Shown in pieces: positions 38,891 through 53,276 of a stretch of DNA of 64,000 nucleotides. The translations under genes were made by a program, and so were the position numbers. Positions within the stretch are counted from its first letter, which is position 1. Every line of letters starts with the position of its first letter. Location: NCBI GenBank assembly GCA_004022145.1, contig RCNU01000012.1, one strand, 5' to 3'. A model generated the notes under the pieces. That model made no database searches and was not told the origin of the DNA. It saw only the letters and a program-made list of their open reading frames with translations. This stretch comes from Paecilomyces variotii. Lineage: Eukaryota.

Positions 38891-40887
38891 GATCATTGGC
38901 CAAACTTGGGGTTATTATGGTAAATATTCACTATTATCAAGATGGCCGGAAATGCCCCGTCCATCATTAATAATCGCATGGAATTTCGCAGCTTGCTAGT
39001 TAACTATCTACTTCAGTTCGTTAACTTAATGATCTAAAAAGTGAGTCATCAGACAGCCACCAAATGTTAAATTGACAGGCATTTGAAAATAGGAACGCCT
39101 GGTTTATACCTGGTTAACTTCTGACACGTCGTGTGAACTCTCCACATCGCACCCACAACTTAGGTACCTAAAGTACTGTACTTAAGATCTCCCATTCAAC
39201 CGATATAGAGAAGGTCCATTACTTGAAGACCGCGACCAAACGCGCGCGGAAATGACATGTGGTCCCTTAGAGTCCGACTCGTATGAGTATCGAGTTCCAA
39301 CTTCAAGCACGGCTGGCCTAAAAGAGCCCAAGTTCGAATAAAGTCCAGACCTTAGCAATAGTGGAAAGGGGCTTGTGCAAAAGTTCTGTAGAAATTCCTG
39401 ACAAATGTTATCGCGAGCACATAATCGGGGCTTTCTGAAACAGAATTGTTGCATGCAACCCTTTCAAAGAAAAATAATGGTCAACATGATTTGTTTGCAT
39501 CTATACTCCGTAGATGACTCCGTTGATCCACAGTGGGAAGGGTATGGGGGACCACGCCCTTCCGACGACCTCGTATGGAGAACATGGCCAAACTACGATG
39601 CGAGGTTTCCCTTGGCGCAAGTTGCTGTAGAAGGAACCAATAACGAGTCCTAGAATCCGGGCGAGAACTAAGTCCAGCGGATAAGCCCCATACCTTAGCT
39701 TTATTTAATTCAAACACCATGCCTCTAAAGTTAGGTCCTTCCCGAGCAAGGTTTATCCCGATATCTGTTTTTTGATGAAAATACTTTTTAACTAATGACT
39801 CGAACATCGGCTGGGCTCTACTTACGGGGTTCACTGGGTGGAAATTATCGGGTCTCTCGCGAAATGTTCCCTTGCCCGTTTGTTTTCATGTCTTGCAAAG
39901 GCATTATCTCGATCCCGAGGCGTAGGATTATATTATGACGAATGGCCATTCGAGACAAGATAGTCGAGGAAATCGACTGAACATGTTTATCTGGCTTCCT
40001 CTTTGACACCGGAAATCCAGTTAGTCTGGCCAAATGTAGATGACTCACCGGATTGTCTAAAGGCTTTGCTGGAACTGTGGATTGCGATTCTTTTGCAATC
40101 GTCAAAACTTCATTCACGGGATAATCCAGCCACTCCGTATTCTAGACGTCTTTGAATCCCGAAAACAAACTTCGAGCCCTCCTATACCAGCCTGTTTTAG
40201 CCGGCTTGGCAGGTTTTAGGATTGGATGGATCTACTCAGTCTATCTATTCTACACCGTCTTGGCTATCCCCTTCGCCTTTCCGAATTAGGTCCCCGAGAG
40301 GGAACCGTCTAGCATCATGAAGGCAGATTTCCCGGTGAGATGTGCGGATGAATCGAGACAAAAGTTCGAGGGTTCTCTGCTGCGGCAGCACCTCGTCCTC
40401 GTCTCTAGTAGACGTGTCTATCATTCCTTGATGACCTTACTTATTTGATCAGCGAAGGACCATCCACTGGAGACTTCCTGTCTGGAACCACTGGAGTCGT
40501 AATGAGAAATTCATAAAAGATCTCAACAATAGCCACTGCACTGAACCGCTCATGGTTTCACTTTTCTCCACTCATTATTAATGAAAAGCTGCCGCTCATC
40601 ATGTCCGACCTCGGATTACGTACTGGCGGATCAGACACGTTCCTCCCTGATGAGTATTGTGTGCCAACACCGACTTATGTAAAGGGATACTAGTCATGAA
40701 ATCCTCCTCGGTGACTGACCGGGCACAGTACTCCCGACGTGTGCGTTGTTAGAATTGAACCAGCGGCTGAGAGTCCGGTGTAATACTCCCTGTTTTTCTT
40801 CCTTTTCTTCCCCTTTCTTTGCAATTTCCGCTGGTCTAGGGAAATATATACCGCACGACAGGCCTCGACTGAGGCTTCCTCGTAGAG

Positions 40888-42307
40888 TCACCGATACCTA
40901 ACCCTCATTCGCCACCAGAGAACGAGCAAGAACATACTCGCCACGCAGTACGACAAGCCGGAAAATATCTGAGGATAGAGATATTCATGCTTCGAGCCAT
41001 TTCGACGCAGTTTCAACGCAATAACCTCGGAAACTAGCATTGTCAATCTTTACATTTCGAAAGATTCGCATCGCTAGCGGATCAAACTCACATGTGGTGG
41101 GTAGCACAGTCGTGAACCATGCCAGGGACAATAACGACTGCAGCTCGACGAGTCCAACCACTTCCACGCTGATGGGTCCGACAGTCTTAAGTCATAAATA
41201 GCCGTCAGTGGAAAGCATCTCCATACTATGTGATGAAAGACAACTCACAACCCAGAAAACCCCAAGTATACCCCCTGAAAAGAAAGCAAAGAACAATAGG
41301 ACGCCATACGACGTCGCAGACATCCAGATCGCAAAGCACGATAATCCACATACACAGGTCAACAGCCCGGCAATTTCGATTCGTCCGAAACGATCACTGG
41401 CTAGTCCTGTACATAGACGTCCTATGGCATTGCCGACGTTCAGCGGCGCGTTAACTAACGCAGCCTGCTCTCCATTAAGCCCAAGAGACCGTGCATAATC
41501 CGGCAACGAGTACGACAAGGTGATATAGCCGAACATGCTGATGAAGGCCCATGCCAGAAACAGAAGCACGTCAAAACGGCGCAGGAGATTGAGGTCGAAT
41601 GCCCTCTGTCTGGGCTGGATGGCCTTGTTTCGGTTTCGGATGAGCAGCGTGGCTAGGAGCAGGAAAGAACCGCTTATGATGCCTGTGATGCGGAGAGCCC
41701 AGGGTAAGGAAAGTCTACTGATGAGGGCCTGAGTCAAGAACGAATAGATAAGTCCGCCAATACCAGACCCGGCGCTGCTGATCCCGTTTGCCAGACTGCG
41801 TTTCTTGTCGAACCACTGCGAGATGATGGGAATGCTTGGGACGTAGGTAAATCCGACACCAATGCCAATGAGTACACCCTGGGTCAGGTACAACTGCCAG
41901 ATTCGACGTGTGAACGAAGCCAGCACAAACCCGCTCACTAGAAAAACTGTCCCTAGCAGCATTGAGGCATGCGTCTCATATTTGCGCACGATAACAGTGA
42001 CTCCTGGTGCAACCAGCATTGCCATGGAGAGGTTCAGACCGCCGATCAAGGCGTAGTCCACAAGTGTGGCCTCTGGAAATCTATCGTCGGCCAGGTAGTT
42101 CTCTAGATAAACGCCATATGTTTGCTACAATACGGTCAGTACTAAGTAGTATTGAACACAGCAATTAGAAGGGGAACATACCACAGAGGCACCCCAAGTG
42201 AAGCAGTTGATGCAAAAGCACGCTGCAACACATATCCAACCATAGCCACCGTCGGGCGGCCGAGCTGGGTCTGTCGAAGAATCGCGAATTCGATCAGGCG
42301 CAGCCAT
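40888..42307 (-). CDS. MFS monocarboxylate-porter family transporter (Mch-like), 4 exons
   Basis: PPDGGYGW, LYLTQGVLIGIG, QWFDKKRSLANG, SDRFGR, VGP...EVVG and YLYPQIF. Confidence 0.9.
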
Positions 42308-43019
42308 GTTCGTGACCCCAACATATGTCGATTCATCTCAACCGAGCACAATCCAAGCTACGCCCAGGGGGACACGTTTTGCCAATGCTGCACGCTTGCC
42401 CAAGTGAGATGGACGATCATCGGGTCCGAGCGAATCGTATACTTTTTCACCGTGGCATTGGCCTTGTGTATCATGGGTTCTAGTTAACTGTCTCGGTCAA
42501 TAGGAGAGCGGAGATTCGAACTACATCGGACTTCTCCCCGCATCTCCATTTCCTTTTGAGTGAGAACAGCACCGTGGGCTGCCAGTACATGTGATCTGAG
42601 ACCGGGAGGATTTCGAAATTGTTGCTTGTTTTTAGCATCTAGATTCGCAAAGGTAGTATGAAAGCAAGAGTTGATATTAGGTCGTTTGAGTGCGTTTGAA
42701 TCTTATCAGTAGTGATACAATACCCGAATGTATTATCCGACATGAAAAGTACTCATCGTACCAAGTTTGATACTCCAACGATAATCATGAATACAATATC
42801 GATTACAGATTAGATATAATGCAGTTGCGAATTTGCCTAGTCTAAGACATATCTTTATCGACCCTACGAAAATACAACCAAACCACAAACCAACCATCTC
42901 AAGATCTTTCCAATAAGTATATATACAGTACAGTACATTTAAATCTAATTTCCATTCAATTCGAATATACCCCAACCAAACAACCTACAAAATAACCACA
43001 CAAAGCATGCATACACCCT

Positions 43020-43719
43020 CTACACCCCCCTCCACACATCCTCAACATACCCATCCATCCACTCCACATACTCCGGCCCTGCACCCACCCAGCCCTTAAT
43101 CCCACCTTCAAGAACAAGACTCTTCATCGACGTATTCCCCTTTTCCACCAGCAAATCCGCAAACCAGCCTCCGGCACGAGTTCCTCGACCGCGAGATGAG
43201 CCTAATAGTTAGAAGTTCTGGTTTTAGTTCATGCTAGAGCACATATACACACGCGCACACACATATACATATATGTATATATAGTATTTATTTGTCGCTA
43301 GGAAACACTCACCACAATACCAAACCACACTCTGCACCCCAGCGCTTTCAAGAAGGGTATAGAATGTCGATAGAGACGGATATAAACTCTGTGCAGGGAG
43401 GTTTATTGAGTTGCGAATCGTACCGCCCTTGATTTTTATATTAGCTAGAGCAAATATCTCATCTATTTATATCAAGAAAAACAATAACAACACCAATAAG
43501 GATAGTAACAACAACAACAACAATAAAAAAGAAAAGACAAATTGTACAAACCTCATGATCAACCCTCCTCAAATCAACCAATACAAAATCCTTTCCTGGT
43601 TTCTTCCCTTCTTGAAACCACCGCAGGACTTCTTCACGAGTGATAGACGCCGCCGTGCTTCGAGGTGCAGGGAAAGCTTCATGCCAGGGTCGTTCTGGTG
43701 TGGTTGTTGATGAGGACAT
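43020..43719 (-). CDS. Cdc25-like rhodanese-fold phosphatase/arsenate reductase (Ych1/Ibp1/Acr2 family), 3 exons
   Basis: Manual splicing gives PWHEAFPAP..LVDLRRVDHE|GGTIRNSINLPAQS..WYC|GSSRGRGTRA..LEGGIKGW, including the C(X)5R active site. Only exon 1 appears in the ORF track. Confidence 0.88.
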
Positions 43720-44554
43720 TATTTCTTGTTTGTTGTTGTTATTGCTATTAGGTATTCTTCCTTTCTTGTTTTCTTGAATATAAATTCGATGTGGGATTTC
43801 TTAATCAAGATATAGAAAGAGAGATATAATATCTGATAAAGATTCAGTTGGTACCTGGTGCTTTAACTGTATTATCTCGAGATATTGTTGTTCTTCGACG
43901 GCCACATCCAATCATCACACTGCGGTGACATTGTGCCGATTAATTACCCCGCCGCATGGCTATTCTACCCCTCATTGCTCCGTATCGAGTTACAGTTGGA
44001 TTTGATGAGAGCAGTTACAGAACTAGAGTCACACAGAATTATGATACTCAAAACGCATATATAAAGACCGTCTAATGCTACCGTCTGCTCTTTTTATGTA
44101 CATGCAAAATGACAGAAAAGATTATTTCTCAACTTTCAGAAAATGCACATAAAAACCAGACAGATCGCTAATTCGATTGATGTGCGCCAGAGTCAAAATG
44201 GAAATAACGACGGAAAGATAAAAACCTCAAGTTGAAAGCGCAGGTAGCAAAACACGCTGTAGTACAACCAACAGGCAAACGAAAAAATCAGTCTCATACA
44301 TGCGTACAATCCCATGCGAAAATAGAAAATTCCTTGGGTATAAGTTTGCTCCTCGAAAGCAAGAAGAAAATGCTGCCGAGAGAAGTAACTTGCGCACGCA
44401 AAAAATTGAAAACCAAAGGTTTAGGAGAATCGTAATCATCGAGTTCAACCCCGTATAGATCCGGGTTAGACTCGGCGGTTGGTCGGCCGTTCAATTACTG
44501 AAATTCTGTACGAGGTGCCACGGAGCCAATGACATCTTCCAGAAGAATGTCACT

Positions 44555-46365
44555 TTACTCGCCAGTGGCCTGCTTCTTCAGCAGACGAGGCCAACGCGAC
44601 ATAACCTCGACGTCGTCCAGAGCACCCTTGCCCTGGTTCCGGACGTACTGCTTGCTGGGATCGACACGAGGCTCCCAGTCCCAGAAGGTGATGTTGCCCT
44701 TGATCAGAGCCGAGTAGACGAGACGGCGTCTGCGCTGCGACACCAGCACCTCCTGGTGGATCCGCTCGAGGTCCCATCGCGTGCGAACCTCCTCCATGAA
44801 GTGAGCCAGCAGCGTGGCTGGGTCGGAGGCAGGAGGCAGCGAAACAGCAGCGCGAGTCGGGCTCGGCGTGCGTGGAGGAGTCGGGGCGATGAAGGCATTG
44901 CCGTTGGAGAAGAAAGACTTGTTCGCTTCAGTAGCGCCCGGGGTGGCGCCCGGGGTAGGAAGACCAGTAGGATTCAGCTGCACAGGAACGGCGTTCTTGG
45001 TGGCCGAAGGAACAGGGATTCCAGCCACCAGATTGACCGACTCGGTCGGATCGGCCTCGAGATCAAACAGCATCGGAGGGTCGATCAGCGAGTACACGAA
45101 CTTCCAGCGTCCGCGGCGGATCATCACTACGGGGGTCTGGGTGCCCTCGCCCATGTACTCTCCCAGCACAGTGTCCGTCTTTACGCCTGCTGCGCCAGAG
45201 ATATAGGGCATCAACGACACACCGTCTAAAGGTAGCTCCGGGATCGTCTGGGCGCCCACCATTTCCACAAAGGTGGGGAGGATATCCATGGTGGATACAT
45301 TCTCCTTCACGCGCTTCGCAGCGAAGCGACCGGGAGCATGAACGATAAAAGGCACGCGAGCAGAGTTCTCGAACCAGGTCATCTTGTACCATAATCCTCG
45401 CTCGCCCAGCATGTCTCCGTGGTCACCGGTGAAGACGATGATCGTATCATCCGTCAAGCCACACTTGTCCAACACCTTCAGCAACTTGCCCACCTGCGTG
45501 TCTACATAGGTGCATGCCGCATAGTAAGCGCGGCGGGCAGCCTTGATCCGCTCCTCGGGGATCACCTTGCCCCAGAGATCGATGCACTTCAGCACCCGCT
45601 GAGAGTGCGGGTCCTGCTTGTCGTGGGGGATGGCGGGCGTCTGGGGCAGCGGGATCTCGACATCCTCATACATATCCCAGTACTCCTGCTCCATCGCGTA
45701 CGGATCATGCGGGTGTGTCATCGAGACGGTCAGACAGAAAGGCTGGTCGCCGCGATGTCGGACGTGGTCGTAGAGGTATTGGGTCGACTTGTAGATGACT
45801 TCCTCGTCGTAGTCGAGCTGGTTCGTGCGGGCCACGGGACCAGCCTCCTCGACGGAGGACATGTTGTGGTACCAGTCAGCGCGGATTTCCTGTCAAATGG
45901 CTGCGTTAGCGTTCTGTTCTGCATCATTACCGCAAAGAGCAAAGAAACCCATACCGGCTCATCCCAGTTGACGGACCAGCCGTAGTCGCCCGGGTAGATA
46001 TCGCTGGTCAGACGCTGCTCATAGCCATGCAACTGGTCGGGACCGCAGAAATGCATCTTGCCCGCCAGCGCCGTGTGGTAGCCCTCGTTGCGCAGGTAAT
46101 GTGCGTAGGTCGGGACGTCCGCTGGGAGATCTGCTGCGTTGTCGTATCCCCCGATCTTGGACGGCAGCTGGCCGGTGACCATGGTGAAGCGCGAGGGCGC
46201 ACACAAGGGAGAATTGCAGTAGGCATTATCGAAGACGACGCCATCCTTGGCCAGACGCTCCAGGTTGGGAGTCTTGATGGGGGACTTCTTGTCATGGATG
46301 GACAGCAACGGGGCGGCCATCTGGTCCGCCATGATGTAAAGGATGTTGGGTCTGCGAGGCGCCAT
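44555..46365 (-). CDS. Choline-O-sulfatase (BetC-like), one intron ~45891-45953
   Basis: PNILYIMADQ, sulfatase signature CAPSR, GKMHFCGPDQLHG, THPHDPY, DHGDMLGERG and SQRRRR. Confidence 0.93.
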
Positions 46366-47500
46366 GGCTGGTGCTGTTTGTATCCTATTCTTTTTTTTTT
46401 TTTTTCTCTCTCTTTCTCTTTCTCTCCTAGAGCAAAGTGGGAAGGAAGAATTACTCCGCTGACCTGCTCCAGGAGATCACCACAGAGGGGAAAGGAAGCT
46501 TGACTATAATTTGATTGATTGATTGATTTATTGATAACCGTAGAACTAAGAGAGTTTACAAGAGAGTTGAAAGGAAAGGAAAGCGATTATGGACGGAGAG
46601 AAAAGAAAAAAAAAAGAGCAAGAGAAAAAAGAACCACGGGTACTTCGGGGGTAATGACAGCCCTTTTAATAAGTACCAGACGAGCAGCGCTAGAAAGAAG
46701 ATTCCACGGCTGGATCCACGAGAGAGCTGGATAGGCGCCCTTTCGCAGGCCTTCTCATCCTGACGTCCGGGACAGAAGGCAAATCCGGCCCAGGCGGTAA
46801 CGCAGACGAGCGAACCGCGACCCCGGGCGATGGTGTGCGATGGTGTGATTGCGGGGGGATGTGAGCTATGGATCGGTTTCCGTGCCACAGCACGCCATGA
46901 AGCAAATGAAATCTCCTCGATCTCTCTCGATCGTCAGGGGAACCGACTGGCCAGATGCTCTCCGGGACTTGCGTACACCGTGAGTGCATCATATCGTGGC
47001 TGGTGCTGACACTGGTTTCCGGGGGATTATTATTGCTTCAGGATACAGTAGAGTATTACATCCATACAACTGTCAGCTAATAACTAACTAACCAGTAATT
47101 AATACTACTACTAGTTACAAGAATTCCTCAGAAGCGCATGGATGACAAGCGCTGGATCGTTTTTCCCGGGACAGCAATACGATCCATCACTGGTCGTCAG
47201 ACCCACGTTCTTCACACAGAAAAAAGCGTTGACAGAAGAACCACCGATCTGCTTCATCCGCCACTCGTTGTGCTGACCAAATCCTCCCTGGTCTTGGCAT
47301 TCCGCTCAGCTTCAGAGGAAAAAAAGCAAGAGAAAGAAGAAAGAAGAAAGAAAGAAAAAAAAAAGGATGGATCTCTGGGTTGCCACCGAGATAGCCGCAC
47401 ACTACCATATGGTACTCACTACCCGATGAATGTCCGAACCATCCTCCCTCCCCCAGCATTATTACTCGTAAATACTTACTACTCTACTCTTAAGTACATC

Positions 47501-47560
47501 AATAATAATAATAACAATAATAATAATAACAATAATAATAATAACAATAATAATAATAAC
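47501..47560. repeat. (AAT/AAC)n microsatellite
   Basis: About 20 trinucleotide units, seen directly. Confidence 0.9.
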
Positions 47561-48607
47561 GACATGCAGAATGCCAACCAAACCGCCAAGCAAAATACCA
47601 CCATCATCGATAACTTAACACGCAAGCCGGCTGGCGTATCCCGATGTAGATCCTGGGTTATCCGGGGGGAACCCATGCCGCGTGGACCCCGGGCGCTGCC
47701 TCCCCTTAGTCGTACTCGGCTCGTTTTGCTCTCTCACCGTATTTTTGGACCTTCCATCTTGCCAACTCGGATTATTATTATTATCTGCCATCCATCCCTC
47801 GCGGCATGTGCCATGAGATCATAGATCAACGCTCCCGTGTCTCGTCTTGCTGGATCATCCTATCCTCCTTGTTTCATCCCTAGACTATCTATGTATATCG
47901 AAATGCTACCTCGGGAGAGCCAGTAACAGGGAGAATGAATGCCACATCCTCCAGTCCGATGTGACAGGATGCGTCCTTTGGAACCTAAAAGTGTTAGGTA
48001 CCTAACTACCTACCTACCTAGCTGTATCTACCTATGGTATAACAACTATCACAGTTCTTTTTTACTTCTTTTTCATTCGCCCGCCCCGAAATCATCACCT
48101 CACGTGCCCATCTACCTATCTGCACCCAACAACCCTGCTATAACCACATTAGTTAGCCATAAAACCAAAAGAGAAAAAGAAAAAATGCGCTTATAGTACT
48201 TCGGCTTATCTCTAAACTTAATTCTACTACTCACCCTCATCGAAAGCCCTGCTTCTTTGAATCAAATCAATCCTTTCGAAACGTTTCAGAACGACCTTCA
48301 ATTAGATGAGATAGAGATACTAGAAGCAGTAACAGTGACAATGCCAGTCAGTCTCAACCGTTGATTAATCTATTATTATTATCTCAAGCCGAAGTCAGAG
48401 TATTAACTAGATCTACTTTAATTGACACCTCGTGACCTCTCACTCAAGTGCTAGTTAGGTAGTTAACTCAGTTCTTAACACTACTCCGTACTTCCCGACG
48501 TCCCGTAAGTACAACAGCCCCACATCCTTAGACTCGGGATCCATTACTAGACTAGCCACTAGAAAAAAAAAAGAGAAGAAGAAAAAAACAAAAACAAAAA
48601 AGAATCG

Positions 48608-48611
<4 letters not shown>

Positions 48612-48638
<27 letters not shown>

Positions 48639-48647
48639 AAGAAAAGA
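48612..48647. repeat. (GAAA)n microsatellite
   Basis: Seen directly. Confidence 0.85.
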
Positions 48648-49859
48648 AGCTAATTACTCAATTAGGGTACCGCAGGAAAAGCATTAGTTAGAATTATGCG
48701 CTATTCTCACCTCCGTAATCGGGAGAGCTAGAGCAATAATACACTAACTGCACTTACATATAATACAGTAGTACTCTACAGTACTCCGTACATTACCAGC
48801 TAATTAGTTACTCTAGAGTTAGTTAGAAAATATCACATTGTACTGTACAACCATCACAGAGAAAATCCCATGCGTGTGCCCAATAGAAGTGGTTTCTGCC
48901 ATACTCTACTGGCCTCTTACTTATCTGATGTGTCATTGGTAGGGAAATTCAACTAACTACTCTACCGGTGCGTAGAGTATATGTACGTGGAAAGAATGGG
49001 TCCAACTGCGCGGTTAGGTCCCGATTTGTCGGGATATGTACGGAGTACCATACAGTAGTAGCGAACAGGGGGGTCAACCAAAGGCCGGTTCAAGCCGCAT
49101 CGGTGCGGCCGGCCGGCCGTTGTCGGTGCTATTCGGTCTTATTATTATTTATTTTGCTGCAACCTCCTTATCTACCACTACTCACTAACTAATAACTAGT
49201 ACTTCTGTTTCGACTGAAACGAGTTGACAAGTGTAATCTTTCTTGCTTGTTTCTTGTATGTATTAACCAAGATAGAACATTCATCTTGTTTTTGCATACG
49301 CGTGGGCAGATAATGATACAGGAACCAAGCATACATCAGTTCATTTCGTATTGGACTGTTTAACCTATCCTGGGACAAGGTTCTTCGCTGCGACGATTGA
49401 CGTCCGCATTCGTGCCAGTGCATCGTCCCGCCCGAAACAAGAATCGAATCGAGAAGGTTAGAGAAAGAAACTAAAGAAGTAAAGCAGAAACAAAAAAGAC
49501 TGAGAATCGAAAGGAAACGATGTCTTCACCAAGGATTTAACTCTACGAGCTAGACACTCAATGGTAATCACCTTGCCTCAGATCCGACACGTTTCGCATC
49601 CACATGAGGTAAACCCCGAAAATCAACTAGATCCTTGTTCTTGTGTTGCGGGGAGGCAGCAAAGAAAATACCAAAAGGGCAACACAACGAGATATAGAGA
49701 GCTCGGACGCCGGCTCGAACGCATTCATCCAACGCAGTTACAGGATAAGAGAAAAGGCCGTACGGGCGTTATAATGCTTTTTTGGCAAAAGTTCCCCGGA
49801 AATATACTGGGGGCTACTATGTTCCGCGACTTGCGCCCTTTGAAAGGCGCAAGCCTCGA

Positions 49860-52270
49860 TCAGTCGATCTTAACGGCACTATCCACAAAAAACGCAGTTA
49901 GTCTTCTGACAAGTTCCAAGAAAGAATTCAATGACACAGTCGGCCCACAGAATGGTTTGCTTACCTGTACATCCGCCTGATGAATGCGTAGGCGGTCAAG
50001 AAGCCCACGGTTCCCGTCAAGAGTCCATATACCGCACAGGCAAGCAGACTATAGCTGAAGAAGAGCAGGCTGGACACGAAACCTGTGATGTGTAGCTTGA
50101 AGAAGTAGTACCAGATGCAGTAGGCAAAGATCCAGAAGGCGCTGCTACCGCCAGTGAAAAAGCTCTGCCACCACCAGTGATAGTTCTGGGTGATCGCGTT
50201 AGCTTAGATCAGGCGACGGTTGAGGGCTTTCCATGGGAACACTAACCTCTGCGCAGAGTTGGCTGTATGTGGCAATGATTGTGACCTCGCTGACCGTGAC
50301 AATGAGAATTGTGCTCACAACGCTAAGGAATCCAAACACGTAGTAGTAGCCGCTCTTGTCCTGCCAGAGATTCTTGAACACGAACAATAGCTCGATGAAA
50401 AGGACAGCGAACGGTACCAAACCGGTCAAGAGCGTACCGCGGAAACTGCTCAGGTACCACGGCTGGGGTGGCATCTGACGTGGGATCGGGTTTGTCTTGG
50501 TCGGGTGCTCCCACGGTGCCGCACGGACGTACCCATACCAGCTGCCAGCGTATACAAGAGGGACCTGAATCAATAGCCAGAGAGCCACCAGACCGACCAA
50601 TGTCCCGAACGGGATCGCTGTACTCGAGGCCTGGGCCCAGACGAACATGTTAAGAATGAACACAAGGCAGAAGGACAAGCCCGGGAACAAGGTCGCGGTC
50701 TAAACTCTGGTTAGCAGCTACAAAAGTAGAGAAAATATGAGAACTCACGATGATAGTGTTCTTTCGCCAGTTCTGGCCGCCGAAGGTCTTGTACAACCTT
50801 CCTGAAAAGTAGCCCGAGAAGAGCCCGGCGAATACGAACAGACCCATACCAACGCTAACAAAGCCACCGCGGAAGCTCGGGTTCAGAATGCCCAAGCAAC
50901 TAAGTATGAGCAGTCCAGCAGACATGAAGAGCAGCTGCATGCCGGATCCGACGAGCGGTGCGAGAAGACCGCTGTATGCCGGCACACGGAACACGTCGCC
51001 ATGAAGAAGCTTCCATCCCGTAAATTCCTCTCCCGTTTCCTCGTCAAGAGATACATCAGCATCCCGCTCCACGTCTTCGGGCTTATCCAACACACCCTCC
51101 TGATTCTTGTCGACGGACCGGGCTGACTTGGACTTTCTTGGGCGGATCTTGCCATCCTCCATGACCCCATCACCACGGCCTTTGACATCTCCTTGCACAG
51201 TCCTGCCCCAGATCACGAGGACTGTAACTCCCAGAACGGCAGAAATAGTCAGAGAGTTGAGAATAGCGAGCCAGTGGGTCATGGAGCCCTCAGACTGGTT
51301 GTTGAAGTAGTGATCCCAGCGGTTAGACCATTCGATCTTGTCATCCTCACGGAAATAGACGGAATAGGTGTAAGGAACCTTCAAAGTAGCGCCGTCATCG
51401 AAGTCGGGATCCTCCTCGGGAATATATGAGGATCCGGGGTACTTCTCCGCAAGTTGAGAAGTGTTGGGAGCGATGAAGAGTTCCAGGCCCTCCTGATCGC
51501 CATGCACATCCTTGGGGCAGCTACCTTCCTCGCGGTTCTTGTTGGTAATGCTCTTTGGGTATATTTCGAATCCAACAATGACTTTACCGCCCTGATCGCC
51601 AGCCTTTCCAGGCGCTTTTCTCCAGCGAATCACAAAGGTAAAGTGGTTGTTGATAAAGTAGCGCTTTTTACCGGTTGTGGGAGAGATGTCCTGGTAACCG
51701 AGCTTAAATCCCGTAGCATAGTACTTGCGACTGCGGTCGACAGTGACGAAACTGGTCGCTCCAGGTAAGTTGTCCATAATCCACTCGGCCACATATCCAT
51801 CTTTGATCAACTCGCGACCTCTCTTGACACCCTGTCGATCGACCTCCTTCGTACAGAGCGCCTGGCATTCAACATCTTTACCCATCACAATTTCGAAGTC
51901 CGACGTCATAATACGATCGCCTCGAAGGACCTCTCCAATGTTGAGGGATATGCTCTGGCCGGAGCCGAAAGGAGATCCGCCATGTACTCTCCCTGACGGA
52001 GGACAGACGAACGGGAGATCGTAGTACGCATATTGCAACTGGGTGCGATCCGAGAAGACCTTGTTCACGAGGAGGGGGATGTGTTCGTCATCGCGATAGC
52101 TCTTGATCGAATAACCTGTAGACCAGATCATGTCAGTCCACGGGAGACATCTCAGGCAAATTCATCTAAAGGCATCGAGGCCCACCTGGAATGTACCACG
52201 CTTGACAGCATGACACAAGAAGGACCCAAATCACCACGGATAGCGTGCGGTTGAACATGTTGGCCAGCAT
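49860..52270 (-). CDS. TM9SF / Emp70 (nonaspanin) family protein, 5 exons
   Basis: Signal-peptide-like N-terminus. QLQYAYYDLPF.CPP, GEVLRGDRI, WIMDNLPG, HWLAILNS, TGWKLLHGDVFR, QLCAE|NYHWWWQSF and terminal VKID*. Confidence 0.93.
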
Positions 52271-53276
52271 CTTCACGCTCTACACGCTGAGAGGGGCGTA
52301 CGGCCGCTCAGTCATATAAGGCGGCCCCCCAGAGCCTTTTTTTCTTTGCGGCGGCGAGCAAGCGCAAAAGAGACGAGGAAAGATCAGGTCGAACTATAGT
52401 TGTTCCTAGATTTGAGCCCGCTTCCTGGTAAAATCTGCGGAATCTGCGCTGGGATGGATGCGGCGGTGCGATGATCGTCGATGTCGAGCTGATCTCAGAC
52501 GGGGTGGATCTCCAATCTGTCAACTCGGGAGGATCTGAGAGGCGGCGACAGGGATGTTAGCAGACAGCACGATCTAACGAGTGGAATTGGCACAGAGTGC
52601 CGTGAAGCAGAGAAACAGCACTGATGTCTGGACTGAAAGGAAGACCCTTTGCCAGAGTCCGATGGAAAGGAGCGACTGAGAAAGCGAGTCGGGGTCTGGA
52701 GCGTGGCCGTTCCATTCCGGTTATGATGCTAACTAAACCTTAGGAACAACGCTTCCCGCCCCCGTCGGGTTTAGCCAGATTCCATGGGGAGTTCTATAGT
52801 AGCTCCAGGAATCTCCCAGAGCAAGTCTCTCTCCCCCTGTCTTACTATGATATACCAGCTTATCATGCAATCTGTTTCGTTTCTACCAAGCCCTGTTCTT
52901 TGATAAGATCTGATCGATATACCATGTACTGTACATACCCCATAGTGGTTGTGGGGAACCCAACCTCGAGACTACCTACGTTCTACTGCCGTCTATTAAT
53001 AGCTAATGAGCGAAAAGCACAAAACTCCAGATTTAGTGGCGGTCTTATCCCAACCACATGGATTTACCTACAATACCGGCTCGCTAGGTCATGCATCTGC
53101 AGTCATGGATTAAAGCAGACACCGTCACCAGAAAAATCACACAAGGAGAGGCGCACAGAAAACACAGGGGAAGAGAGACCAGGGCATCCTTGGCAGTAAT
53201 AGGGAAACCATTGTGCATCGTAATCATCATACAGCAGGAAGCAAAGATGTCGCGAGAGTGCGAATGCCTTCAGCGC

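Noticed and set aside
40888-46365. MFS, arsenate reductase-like gene and sulfatase as an arsenic-resistance or secondary-metabolite cluster
   Set aside because: No Acr3, ArsH, arsenite methyltransferase, transcription factor or backbone synthase is present. The genes look functionally unrelated.
47138-47824. 228-aa ORF with poly-Asn
   Set aside because: Kept open by AAT and A-rich microsatellites. No protein-like features.
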